A DNA stretch of 64,000 bases from Eledone cirrhosa (GCA_964016885.1 OZ024740.1:253704001-253768000); one strand, 5' to 3'; positions 13,749 to 27,112 are shown, counted from the first letter of the stretch. The notes: generated by a model not told the origin, from the letters alone. Numbers and translations: made by a program.

Positions 13749-13750
<2 letters not shown>

Positions 13751-14454
13751 AGGTACCTGGTCTTTCTACTATCTTAATATTGAGTTTATGTTTATCTAGG
13801 GCCCTTCTAAATTTGTAAGCTAATTCACCTCTAGGGGTTGTATCGATGAACATTACACTCTGGTATTTATTGCTATCATACCATGAGTTTATTCTATTAG
13901 CCTTATTCCTAGTTCTTTCTATTCTATTCCAAAATTTGCTCCTATACAAGAGGCAGGTCCCATTTGTGTCATTATTTACCATTGTACATTGTTCAAGAAT
14001 GTGATAAGCACTTTAACAAGAAACTAAAGTGGCTTAAACAGATAAAACTAAATCAAGATACTTTAGAGAATACCAATAGATATCCCGACAAAATTGACGG
14101 TATAAATATGGCCGACATCTCATTAACAGATGAGTTCAACAACAACAACACAAATATATACGGCAACACTACGGTCGACTCTGATGAATTATCTGTATTA
14201 CAACTACCACCTAAGTATGCGACATTCAAGAAGGTAAATATGATTTGATGTTTGTCAGAAATAGAAAAATCATTTACAAAATTACGTTGGAGCCTCAAAA
14301 ACAAAAACAAAAACATACGCACACACATATACAACACACATCCCAACAACAACAGACACAGATACAAACAACAATAACAACTACACACACATCAACAATA
14401 ATAACATACTCAGAAACAGCAACAGACACAAACAACAATAACACACACAACAAT

Positions 14455-14499
<45 letters not shown>

Positions 14500-17400
14500 G
14501 ACAACAACAACACACATCAACAACAGCACACATCAACAACAACAACAACAACACACACACATTCAATGCCTCTCACCACCACCACAATCTTAACAAACAC
14601 ACAGACACAGAAAACAGGTAATGGCAGTAACACAGAAGTAAGGGAAGGTAATGGGATTGAAAGGAGAAGGGAGACTATGGACAGAGAAAATAACCAAGAC
14701 AACACAGACACGCAAAATAGAGTAGATAATAACAATGAGCCAGAGGAAAGAGACAGGAGTAATAATGAGAGACATAGAAACAACCATGAGGTTGTTGGTG
14801 TAAATAGAAATAGAAACAACACAACTAACAATAACAATAGCACTAGTACACATAAAGCAGCAGCCTGGAACTCTACTTTTTATAATCCCTCCGATAAGTC
14901 GTTCGACCTGCGATGAGTCCACGCCACGACTTTAGCTTTTAACAAACGCACGCAATTGCCGTCGCAGGTCGATGAACAAACAGAAGCTCAATTTAGTATA
15001 GGTAGATCTAAATTTAGAAATATTATAGAACAGTATATCAAGAAGCATAATAGAATGGAGGCCCAGCAACTGGGAGAAAAATCTGCAAATGGCTTGCGTA
15101 AGCTCATGCAGCGCTCGCGTAATGGAGAGATAGCATGTTTTCCAACAGACAAATCTGGCAGAATGTCGGTTGACAGTCTGCCAAACTACATCCAGGCAAT
15201 GCAACCCCACATCACTAACACAAGAGAAGTGACACCACAAGAGCATGAGGATAGAGAAAAAGCCCTCAATGCCCATATGGTGATGTGGACAAATATAATG
15301 CAGCCCAACAAAAGGACTGCCAACAACTTCCAGGCCTGAAACAATGACGTGACGGCGTTGTATGGGCTTCGAAAAGACCATAAAACGGGCAGTGACCCTG
15401 TCACGGGACCACCAACACGGCCAGTCTGTGGAGCTAACATTGCTAGTAACTACAGACTGTCCTACTTCCTCTCCCTGATCATACGCCCCATCATTGAAAT
15501 GTCCCCAGATGTATGTGACAGCACGGAGGACCTCCTCAGCAGAATCGGCAAGAGTAACCGATCTAGGGACCTAACAAACTGCATAATAGGTAGTGTGGAT
15601 GTTGTGTATCCATCTATTGACGTGGATTTTGCTATGGAGAAATGCGTAGAAATGATCAGTGAGAGCAATGTTGAGTTCCGTGGGATTGATACAAGTGAGC
15701 TGGGACTCCTACTTAAACTTACCTATAGTAATAATTACCTAGACACATATGACCTTAGCAACCTGTGCCCTACAAGACCAGCAAGAGGCAGACCACCTAC
15801 CATTACCTCAATGGCCAAGAAAACCCACACAGATAGATGGAATGGGTGGACCAGAGCCATACGGACCCCCGAAAACCACGAACTAAAGAAAATGATTGCA
15901 CATGCGGTAGGGGCCAGCATAAAATTAACCCTTAAGGAACATATGTTCAAATTTAATGGAAAAACATATGCCCAAGAGGAAGGAGGAGCCATTGGTGTTA
16001 GCATTGCAGGCGACATAGCTACCTTATTCATGGTATGGTGGAACAGTAGACTTAAACTTAAAGAACAATTAGAAGACCCCTTAACCCTGATAATGTACTC
16101 CCACTAAATGATATAAACATCATAGTTAAAACACCCCCACTAGAGAACAGTCAGGAATTAGAGAAAAACACAATGGTAAGCATCCAGCAAATAGCTAACT
16201 CCATCCACCAGAGTATTAGAGTTACTATAGACTACCCAAGTAAACACCCCAACCATCGATTACCTGTACTAGACACAGAGCTCTGGTTAGATACCATTAA
16301 TAACAAAAAACAAATCCTCCATTCCCATTATGCCAAACCCATGACTTCCAAATATCTGATCCACCGAAACTCAGCTGTTTCGGACCATACCAAAATCAAC
16401 ATACTGATTGGGGATTTGGTACGGGTGATGAGAAACGTGTCCCGCATGTGCAACCCCGAAGAACTAGAGAGACACATACAACACTTCATCCACCGTATGC
16501 AGTTCTTTGGTTACAATCAGAGAGATAAAATCAGAGTGTATAGAGGAGCCAGAACCAAATGGGAAAAAATGGTAAATAATGACTCAAATGGGACCTGCCC
16601 CTTGCATAGGAGCAAATTTTGGAATAGAATAGAAAGAACTAGGAATAAGGCTAATAGAATAAACTCATGGTATGATAGCAATAAATACCAGAGTGTAATG
16701 TTCATCGATACAACCCCTAGAGGTGAATTAGCTTACAAATTTAGAAGGGCCCTAGATAAACATAAACTCAATATTAAGATAGTAGAAAGACCAGGTGCCT
16801 CCATAAAAACACTTATTAGCAAGACATACCCTTTTCAAAGACCCCCCTGTATACATAAGAAATGTATAACCTGTAAATTAAGCCCCCATATTAACTGTAA
16901 AACTAGAAATGTAGTATACAGCATAAAATGTACTGAAGGACAATGTAGAGACAAAAATATAGTGTACATAGGTGAGACAGCTCGTAGTGTAGGGGAACGG
17001 ATAACTGAACACTGGCGAGACCTTCAAGATAGTAAAGAATCATCTGTACTCTACCAACATGCTAAAATAGAACATAAGGGTAAATTAAGGAACATAGAAA
17101 TAAAAATAGAATCTACACACAGAAAAGACGCAATGTTTAGACAAATCACAGAGGCAATAAACATAAAAGAATTACAACCAACATTAAATAGAAAACATGA
17201 GTGGAACAGCAACATCACAACTTACAATTAAGGACAAAATGAAAACACACACGCCCATAGAACAACCAACCTGTAACATGTAAATAAACAAATAAATAAA
17301 CGAATATAAACACACACAGACACCCGGATGTGGCGCATGCGCAGACTGAGCACACAACACACACACAGAAACAAGATGGCGTAGGACAGAACAAAGGAGA

Positions 17401-17663
17401 GGCACAAAAACAAAGAAAAGAATCCCCAGCCACTGAAGAGGTCACAGAATGTGACGAAAGAACTTTGACAATATATAAACAACCATCTGGTTGTGGAACC
17501 AAACAACCAACCGGAAATTTATAAATTTATTATAATAAATTGAAGTGAAAGCAACTGGTGCGTGTGTTTCTTATTGGCAACATGACCCTCCTAAAGTATA
17601 ACAATATCGGTTTCAACACACGTTTTCAGATAAAGAATCTTGCTAAACAAATTCAGAAACGAA

Positions 17664-17664
<1 letters not shown>
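13749..17664 (+). mobile_element. Penelope-like element (RT + GIY-YIG), disrupted, with inverted 5' segment
   Basis: PTDKSGR, PPTRPV, GSVDVVYPSID, YAQEEGGAIG motifs; GIY-YIG NVVYSIKC..VYIGETARS..EAINI..LNRKHE. Flanked by (TA)n. Confidence 0.93.
17427..17470 (+). ncRNA. Putative type I hammerhead ribozyme in Penelope 3' region
   Basis: CTGAAGA-G-GTCAC agaat GTGAC-GAAAG-AA-CTT; stem I is weak. Confidence 0.55.
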
Positions 17665-17694
<30 letters not shown>

Positions 17695-17954
17695 TAGATA
17701 TTTTTGGTACACACATAGATATTTTTTCAATTTCCAATTGAGTTCTTAGCACGTGGCCTGAATTCCTTTCAGAGTTTATTGTCACGCGCTTGTATTGTTT
17801 TTTTTGGCGGTAATTCACTTCCTCATTTTTTGAATCAGTTCAAGCACTTCTTTCAGAACTGCTGGACTGGCAACCTGACAGATACCTCAGGCACAGAAAG
17901 TGATTATTGCTAAATGCTGATGTTGGTTAGATTATCAATATTAGTATTATTGGG

Positions 17955-18083
17955 GCACACACTGATGAATTATAGGAGCCCACTTGAATATATATCTATT
18001 GATGGTATACAAGCTCCTACATAAATTGGTATAATTTCACCCAAATTGTAGGAATCCTATAATGAAACGAGACGTCTGTCTGG
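17955..18083 (+). ncRNA. Type I hammerhead ribozyme with extended stem II
   Basis: CTGATGA, ATTATAGGA/TCCTATAAT stem II, GAAACG-AGA-CGTC, stem I CACACA/TGTCTG (1 mismatch). Confidence 0.75.
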
Positions 18084-18382
18084 GAAGAGATATATTAGAT
18101 ATGTCTCATTTGAAATAATACAGCCAATTTTCCACGCAATACTTTTAGTTAGCACCCCGAACACATAATTGGGAATATAATCACTTATTTCCTAATGTTT
18201 GTTGAGTGAGTTGGAATTTGGCGGGAGTATCGCTAAAAAGCTTTCTCCGATATTGTATTTATATATATACATATATACACACGCACAAATACAACAGAAG
18301 TATATAATATACAATTATATATACATATACATACAGATAAATATAAACATATATACATACACATATATATATTTACAAACAC

Positions 18383-18436
<54 letters not shown>

Positions 18437-18649
18437 GTACATACATATACGCAACACACATGCGCACACAAAAATAAATATCTAAAAATAAAAAAATTGG
18501 GTTTGTGAAGGGTAAGGCAGAAAGTAGGGGGGGGAAAAAAGAAAAATAAATGACATAGGAAAAGTTTTAAATAAATATAAGGGGAGATAAGGGAGAAAGA
18601 GAATACGAGAGTACAGAACGTGGATTCAGCAGGTAAAAAAACCGTAGTG

Positions 18650-18890
18650 GAAGTAAAAGGCAGAGAAGGAGTTCAAGGTGGTTGAGTTATCGAAGGAATG
18701 TCAATCCAGTTACAGATCAGATGTGATTTCAGATGAGGACAACATCTGAAGATCTCGAGGTCTTTGAGTTCAGGCAAGCACAAGTGGCTTTGAAGTTTTG
18801 TAAAATCCTATATTTTTCCGTGGTACACAAAGAACAATTCTTTGTGTACCTTTGGTACTCCCTCGAATGGTCTTATTTGTCGTATTCCCA
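18650..18890 (-). mobile_element. Penelope-like GIY-YIG C-terminal remnant
   Basis: Similar to 43520-43700; CLNSK..IFRCCPH-type terminus. Confidence 0.65.
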
Positions 18891-18959
18891 ACTTTTTATT
18901 TTTATTTTTATATATACAATATTTAGGTTTTTTTTATATAATATTTATGTTCTTTCTTA

Positions 18960-19075
18960 TATATATATATATATAATTATATGTGTGTGTGTATGTATGT
19001 ATATATGCATACGAATGAGTATGTATATGTGTGTGTAGGTATATATATATGTAAATGTATATATGTGTGTGTATG

Positions 19076-19116
<41 letters not shown>

Positions 19117-19265
19117 TTAAGAGTTAAACAAGGTTCACATGAATATATCTAAGAATGAGTTTTACACACATACATATGTGTGTGTTTGTATTTGTATGTA
19201 TGTGTTTGTGATATGTACCTATATGTATGTGTATGTATGTATGGATATGTATGTATATATATATT

Positions 19266-19298
<33 letters not shown>

Positions 19299-19403
19299 AT
19301 ATATGTATATGTGTGTATGCGTATGTATGCGTGTATGTATGTGTATGTATGTACGTGTGTATATACGTATGTATGTATGTGTATTTATATATGTATGTAT
19401 ATG

Positions 19404-19444
<41 letters not shown>

Positions 19445-19700
19445 ATATATGTGTATGTGTGTGTATGTATATATATATATGTTTATGTATATATTTATAT
19501 ATATATATGCATATATATGTGTGTGTGTGTATGCACGTTTGTGTATGTGTATGTATGGATATGTTGATATTTATGTGTATGTGTGTATGTGTATATGTAT
19601 GTGTATGTATGTATATACACATATGTGTGTGTGTGTGTGTATGTGTATCTGTGTATGTATATATATATATGTGTCTGTATATAATTGTGTGTGTGTTTGC
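18960..19700. repeat. Compound (TA)n/(TG)n/(TATG)n microsatellite
   Basis: Visible directly. Confidence 0.95.
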
Positions 19701-19805
19701 ATGTGTGTTTTTATTTTTCCTTTCCTTCTTCCTTTTCCAGCCTCACTTTCATATAGATTATATTTTTGTTTTTAAAATCCAACGCCAATAAATACACCAG
19801 GATTT

Positions 19806-19866
19806 TTTCATTCTGATGATTGAAAGCAAAATTTGTTTGCTTTTAAGAAACCACTGGTAAATGAAA
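19806..19866 (+). ncRNA. Type I hammerhead ribozyme, complete core
   Basis: TTTCATT-CTGATGA-TTGAAAGCAAA..TTTGCTTTTAA-GAAACC-ACT-GGTA-AATGAAA: 7-bp stem I, 11-bp stem II, GUA cleavage triplet. Confidence 0.85.
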
Positions 19867-20111
19867 TAATTGCCTTATGTTGTTTATTACATAACTATTA
19901 AGCTCTGTTACCTACATAGAGCACTCTTTTTTCCTGGACTTTTCCGACGGAATTACTTCATTTATATATATATATAAAGATTTACATATACATAAAGTCA
20001 TAGATATATATGTGGCAACCGGTCACTTTGTGGCTCAATGAAGAATTAATAAATTAAATTGGGAGAGGAAATGGTATATATTTTATCTAATAATTCTAAG
20101 GACATGATTTA

Positions 20112-20149
<38 letters not shown>

Positions 20150-20187
20150 TATACACATATATATATATATATATACACACAGGCATA

Positions 20188-22505
20188 TAGAGACAGGCAT
20201 GGAAAGAATGGAAGAACGGGGGGAGCAGGGTACATTACATAGAGACCAAGAGGGAAGCTAGGTGACAAGTATACTTAGCTAGGAGGGAAGCAGAGGATAG
20301 AAAATTCAAGCATGTTTTGCAACGTGAGGACCAGAAACAGGAGGTGTTCAATATTGTGAGGCAGTGTGTCAGAGAGAATTGTGATGTCATTGGAGAGAAG
20401 TGTATCCGGAATGATAAAGGTGAGCTTGCCCTCACAAGTGCTGAGAAGAAAGATGTATGGAAGAGTCATTATGATAGATTACTAAATGAGGAGAATGCAT
20501 GGGAAGAAGAGACCCTACCCCAAGTAGACCCTATAGAGGGGCCAGCAGTACAAGTCAGCAGCAGCGTAGTCAATCAAAGATATGAAGATGGGGAAGGCAA
20601 CCGGTCCATCGGGTATAGCTGCCGAGATGCTGAAGGCATCAGGGTCTGTAGGTCACACTATAACCACACGTATTGTTAACCAGGTAATACTAGAAGGTGT
20701 CATACCAAAAGATTGGTGCAGTAGCGTCATTGTCAACAGCTACAAAGGTAAAGGTGATGCACTCGATAGAGGAAACTATAGAGGTATAAAGCTGATGGAC
20801 CAGGTCATGAAAGTAACAGAAAGAGTTATAGCACAGTTGATTAGGGACCGGGTGAAACTAGATGAGATGCAATTTGGGTTTGTACCAGGAAGAGGCACCA
20901 CTGATGCCCTCTTCCTTGTGAGGCAGTTACAGGAAAAGTACCTAGCTAAAAGTAAGCCACTCTACCTGGCATTCGTCGATCTCGAGAAAGCCTTTGACAG
21001 AGTTCCACTTGCTGTAATCTGGTGGGCTCTTAGAAAACTAGGAGTAGATGAATGGCTTGTGAAAGCTGTACAAGCCATGTATAGGGGAGCAGTCAGCAAA
21101 GTTAGGATTAGCAATGAGTATAGTGAGGAATTTCCATGCCTGTCTCTTGGAGTCCACCAGGGCTCTGTTCTTAGCCCTCTCCTGTTCATCATAGTCCTGC
21201 AGGCAATAACGGAGGAGTTTAAGACCGGGTGCCCATGGGAACTCCTGTATGCTGATGACCTCGCACTTATAGCTGAATCTATGGTAGAACTAGAGAATAA
21301 ATTCCAAACTTGGAAGCAGGGACTAGAAAGAAAGGGTCTCAAAGTCAACATGACAAAGACTAAGGTCCTTCTAAGTAGACGAGAAAACAGAACCCAGATC
21401 CCCTCAGGGAAATGGCCTTGCTCAGTATGTAGGAAAGGTGTAGGTAGGAACTCCATTCTCTGCCCCAAATGCAAACAATGGGTACACAAGAGATGTAGTG
21501 GGATCTCAGGAAGCTTAATTAAGAATATAGGATTCACATGCAGCAGCTGTGCTGAGACAGCAAGCAACAAACAGCCACAGGAAACAAGTACCACCAATCT
21601 CTGGGAGAGCTCTGTAGAAACAGTAGACAGCTTCTGCTACCTAGGTGACCGAATTAGCAGCGGAGGTGGGTGTTCAGAAAGTACAATAACTAGGGTAAGA
21701 ACGGGATGGAAGAAGTTTAGGGAACTACTACCACTGCTAGCTGCAAAAGGCTTCTCCCTCAGAATGAGAGGCAGACTGTATGATGCGTGTATCCGAACAG
21801 CGATGTTGCATGGTAGTGAGACCTGGGCGCTGAAGGTGGAAGACTTACGTAGATTAGAGAGAAACGAAGCCTGCATGCTCCGATGGATGTGTAACAGTAA
21901 TATACGTGAACGACAAAGCATAAATGAATTGAGAGAGAGACTGAGCATAAGAGGAATCAAATGCTGTGTGCAGGAGAGGCGGTTGCGCTGGTATGGACAT
22001 GTGATGCGTATGAAGGATGACAGCTGCATAAAAAGGTGCAGAGCATTAGAAGTTGATGGAAACCGCGGAGTGGGGAGACCCAAGATGAATTGGGATGAGG
22101 TGATAAAAGCAGACCTTACCCAATTACACCTCTCAAAGGCAATGACATACGACCGTGACTTCTGGCGTCACGCAGTAATACAGAGTACCCGACCTCCCAT
22201 GGGTACAAGCTGAAGCATATAGACAATATGCCCCCACCGCAAGGTGGTCGTGGAGGTGCCACGGCAAAAAAGCACCCAGCCCACACTGTAAAGTGGACGT
22301 GTAGGCGCAACGAAAAAGCACCCAGCACTCACTGTAAATGAGGTTGGTGTTAGGAAGGGCATCCAGCTGTAGAAATCAAGCCAAATCAGTTCCTGTATGA
22401 GCAAGGCATGGTCAGCCGACCAGACACAGGAGAACCCGTCTAACCCATGCTAGCGTGGAAGAACGGACGTAAAACGGTGCTGATGATGATGATGATGATG
22501 ATGAT
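20188..22505 (+). mobile_element. 5'-truncated RTE LINE, subfamily B
   Basis: 543-aa RT ORF ([16 protein letters not shown]); (GAT)n tail; (TA)n on both sides. Confidence 0.95.
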
Positions 22506-22570
22506 ATATATATACATATAAAGAATGAATAATAACAGGTAGACATCATAAAAAGGCAATTTATTCCGTG

Positions 22571-22682
22571 TGCTTACAAATGTTTCCACGGTGGTACTAC
22601 AGCCTAGTTATGCTATGTGCAAATTTACAACTATTTGCAGAACTCAAATATCCAATGCTGTGACCACTGTATCCTCAGAGCA
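22571..22682 (-). ncRNA. Type I hammerhead ribozyme with long stem II loop
   Basis: Minus strand: TGCT-CTGAGGA-TACAGTGGT..ACCACCGTG-GAAAC-ATTT-GTA-AGCA. Confidence 0.7.
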
Positions 22683-22955
22683 GAAGGTTAAAATACACAA
22701 TGTAAATACCCTTAAGTGGGGTTGTTGGAGAAGATAGAGTAGAAAAGGAAGAGAGAAAAGTAGGGGAGAGGGAGAGAGAGAGAAAGATATGCAGGGGTTG
22801 GAGAAATAGGAGAGAGTGGTTTGTAGATATCTTAATCAAAATGTTATGGTAGGGGTTTTATTATACTGGTTACTTTTGAAGAGATGCGTTGATAGTTAAA
22901 TATTATAATGAAATGACAGGAGGTTGGATTTGTGTAAATCCTTGAAAGGTTTATT

Positions 22956-23013
22956 ATACTATGATCATTTCAATGACAGGGTTGCATATGAATCCGGTGA
23001 TATCATCAGGTAT
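22956..23013 (-). ncRNA. Degenerate type I hammerhead ribozyme
   Basis: Minus strand: ATAC-CTGATGA..GAAAT-GATC-ATA-GTAT; palindromic stem III loop; stem II mismatched. Confidence 0.55.
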
Positions 23014-23383
23014 TCGAAATATAATACGTGAATGTAATAGATAAAATCCATGGGGCTGAAAATCGAGGACCCGAGGGCGACCGCTATTTTGCTCCTTCAA
23101 AAATTTTGCAACACCAAAGTAACGCTGGAGCCACTTTTTTAACATAAAAACAGGTAGAATTCCCAAAACTAATCAGATCAGAGCAAACAGCACAGACACT
23201 CTATCTCAAAATTATTTTTGAAAAGCATTTAGAAATGCGCAACCGGTAAAAACTTAAAAACTTAAAACCACAACTGAATACTAACCCATACAATCACTAA
23301 TACTCTTTTATTCCTAATTAAACCATTTTTCAACTGTGAACAATTTGTCAGCATTTTCTATTCCGTTTACCAATATATATACA

Positions 23384-23430
<47 letters not shown>

Positions 23431-23434
<4 letters not shown>

Positions 23435-23556
23435 TGTTATACTTTGGGAGGGTCATGTTGCCTTATTGGCAACAGACCCTCCCAAAGTATAACAATATCG
23501 GTTTCAACACACGATTTCAGATAAAGAATCTTGCTAAACAAATTCAGAAACGAAAC
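23431..23556 (+). mobile_element. Mini Penelope insertion: 3' terminus plus inverted 5' copy
   Basis: Matches 17570-17664; first ~32 bp are the reverse complement of the following segment; within (TA)n. Confidence 0.85.
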
Positions 23557-23602
23557 ATATATATATATATATATAATATACATATATATATATATATATA
23601 TA

Positions 23603-23744
<142 letters not shown>

Positions 23745-23767
23745 TATTTATATATATATATATATAC

Positions 23768-26700
23768 ATCATCATCATCATTTTAGGTCCGCTTTTCCCT
23801 GCTTGCACGGGTGGGATGGGTCTTATTCAGCACACTCTCCACTCGTCACGGACCTTCGTCATCTCCACCATGAGCTTCAATGATCTGAGGTCTGTTCTCA
23901 CCACCTCCGCCCATGTTTTTCGTGGTCTACCTCTACCATGTCTTCCTTCAACTGGCATTTCCTGGCACTTCTTCACCCATCGGTCATCCTCCATGCGCAT
24001 CACATGTCCATACCACCTCAGTCTCCTCTCCCGTACACTACATTCTATCCCTCTCAGAAGACAGTTTCTCTCTCAATACATTTATGCTAGGACGTTCACG
24101 CACATTTACACTGCACATCCAACGGAGCATGCTTGCCTCATTTCTCTCCAGCCGTCGCATATCCTCTGCAGTTGCTGCCCATGTCTCACTACCATGCAGC
24201 ATCGCGCTCCTCACACAGGCATCATACAACGGGCCTTTCGTACGCAGGGAGAAACCCTTCTTCGTCAACAGAGGAAGCAGCTCCCTAAACTTCTTCCAAG
24301 CCGTCCTTATTCTAGATACTATGGCCTCGGAACACCCTCCTCCCATGCTAATCTGATCTCCTAGGTACCGGAAGCTATCCACCACTTCTATAGCGCCCTC
24401 CTGCATTTGAAAAATGTGTCTATCAATTTGACTTCTACTGTCTAATTTCCCTGTACATCTACTGCATACATATTTCTCCCTACCTGTTAGTTTGCCTGCT
24501 ATCCCGCTACATCTCTTGTGCACCCAGGATCTGCATTGTGTGCATTTTATAGAATTTATGCCAGTTCCTTTTCTGCATATCGAACATGGCCATTTCCCTG
24601 ACGGAATCAGGGTTTTGTCCTCTTTTCTACTCATCAACACTTTTGTCTTAGCTAGATTCACTCTCAGTCCTCTTGCTTCCAACTGCTGTTTCCATAGCCA
24701 GAATTTATTCTCTAGCTCCTCTACTGATTCTGCTATAAGAACCAGATCGTCAGCATAGAGAAGTTCCCATGGACAGCCAGTCTTAAACTCCTCTGTTATG
24801 GCTTGGAGGACTATAATGAACAAGAGCGGGCTGAGGACCGAACCCTGATGTACTCCTACTTGTATCTGAAATTCCTCACTAAACTCCATTCCTACCTTGA
24901 CTTTACTGACAGTACCTCTGTACAAAGTTTGCACTGTCCTCACAAGCCATTCCTCAACACCTAGCTTCCTTAGGGACCACCAGATGACAGATCGGGGTAC
25001 CCTATCAAAGGCCTTCTCTAGGTCAACAAAGGCTAAGTATAGTGGCTTATTCTTCTCTAAGAACCTCTGTTGCAATTGTCTCACCAAGAAGAGGGCATTT
25101 GTTGTACTCTTCCCAGGCACAAAACCAAACTGCATCTCATCTAGTTTGACTCTTTCTCTAATTAGTTGTGCTAAAATCCTTTCTGCCACTTTCATAACCT
25201 GATCTATCAGTTTTATACCCCTATAATTGCTCCTCTCCAGAGCATCCCCTTTACCTTTGTAGCAATTTATGAGAATACTGCTGCACCAGTCTTTGGGTAT
25301 GACACCACCATATATAGCCTGATTGATGATGCGTGCAACCAGTTTAGTGCCTACGTCCCCTGATGCCTTCAGCATCTCAGCAACTATTCCCGATGGTCCG
25401 GCAGCCTTACCATTTTTCATTTCCCTAATCGCCTCTTGGACCCTATATTCGTCAATCTCAATAGCTGGTCCCTCTGTCAGATCTACCAAGGGTAATTTCT
25501 CTCTCTCCCATTCGTTCTCCACATTCATCAGTCTCTCATAATGACATTTCCAGGCCTCATCCCGGACACATTTATCTCCAACAACATCCTGATTTGCATT
25601 GACACACTGCCTTGCAATGTGGAACACCGCCCGCCTCTGATCTTCCCGTCGCAGAACATTGGCAAACCTCCTACTCTCTGCCTCCCTGCGTGCTAAGTAC
25701 ACCTGACGTCTAGCTTCTCTCTTAGTGGCTGTATATTCTTCCCTACTCCCACCCTTTTTCCAAGCCTTCCATGCTAGTCTTTTGTCTCTAATAGCCTTAT
25801 CTACTGTGCTGTTCCACCACCAGGTCACTCTCTGTCTGGTTGGAGCTCTGCTCCAGCCACAAGTTTCATCAGTAGCCTGCAGCAAGTTGTCACGTAAGAA
25901 ATTCCAGTTATTATCTATGTCATACGTCTCTAAATCGTCTTCTTTTTCGTCATATACATCTTGAAGGACTTTCCTAAATTTGTATTTTAGTGAAAGGTCT
26001 TTTAGCTTCCAGACCTTTCTTCTCCACACCTTCCTATATGTCTCATTCCATCTCTTGCTTACTGAGATATCACTAACAACTAGCCTATGCTGTGGGGTAC
26101 ATTCTTCCCCAGGGTATGCCTTGGTATTAGACACTATCTGCCTGTCCCGCTGCCTAACTAGTAAGAAGTCAATCTGGCTTATGTGCTCACCAGATTTGTA
26201 GGTTATTAGGTGATTGGCAGGTTTCTGGAAGTTTGTGTTGCAAATAGTCAATGTACTCCTTCATTTCTTGAACCGTAACAGTTCCCACCATGTACCCCAG
26301 TGTAACCATCCTGGAGCTGTCCAACATGACCATTGATGTCTCCTGCTAGCATAACGATGTCTCCGTCTTCTGTCATTGCGGTTGTTTGTAGAAGTTGCTC
26401 ATAAAAGCAGTCTTTCTCATCTTTGCCTAGGCCTGCTTGGGGAGCATAGGCCGAGATGATTGTCAGTAGTCTCCTGCCTACAACTAATCTAAGCTTAATT
26501 ATTCGATTACTAACTCGAACTACCTCTATTGTCTTATTGATCCATTTCTTAGCCAGGAAAATGCCTACTCCCCGTAACCCATCATCCTTACCTACCCAGA
26601 AAAGCTTATAGCTAAGATGTTTGCCTACGACTAGTCTCGCAGAGGCACCTCTCCATCTCACCTCTTGCACGCATCCACCTGCTTTCTCTCCAGCATCTCC

Positions 26701-27112
26701 GCTATTTTAGCAGATCTACCTCTGAGAGTGCCAACATTAAGTGTTGTAACTCTGAAATGCGACGTCTTCATATTTTGTTGTTGTTCCTATTTGTTGCTGT
26801 GCTGATAAGCGTTTTGGCATTGATACACTGGTTGGATGCCCTTCCTAACACCAGCGCCACTTTACAGCATGGACTGGGTGCTTTTATTTGTGCCACCAGC
26901 ACTAGAGAGGATGTCTTACTAGACTCAAGGGCCCTCTCTACCCCTCCATTTTACAGCATGGTCATTTTTAAAAAAAAAATTTAAAAAAAAAAATTATTGA
27001 CACGACGCACACACCAACACTCATGCATACAAACCACAACCACACACACACACCACTCATAAACACACATATATATATATATATATATTACCGGCAGTAC
27101 TGATACAAATAC
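23768..27112 (-). mobile_element. Near full-length RTE LINE, subfamily A (small deletions and frameshifts)
   Basis: APE (26248-26670) plus 737-aa RT ORF; 5' UTR matches 45490-45858. Confidence 0.95.

Noticed and set aside
19139-19791. Long Y/I/C/V/M-rich ORFs (also 33273-33567 and 40410-41098)
   Set aside because: Translations of (TA)n/(TG)n microsatellites.
20962-22083. Recurrent antisense ORFs opposite RT genes
   Set aside because: Shadow frames of RTE coding sequence with no recognisable domain.
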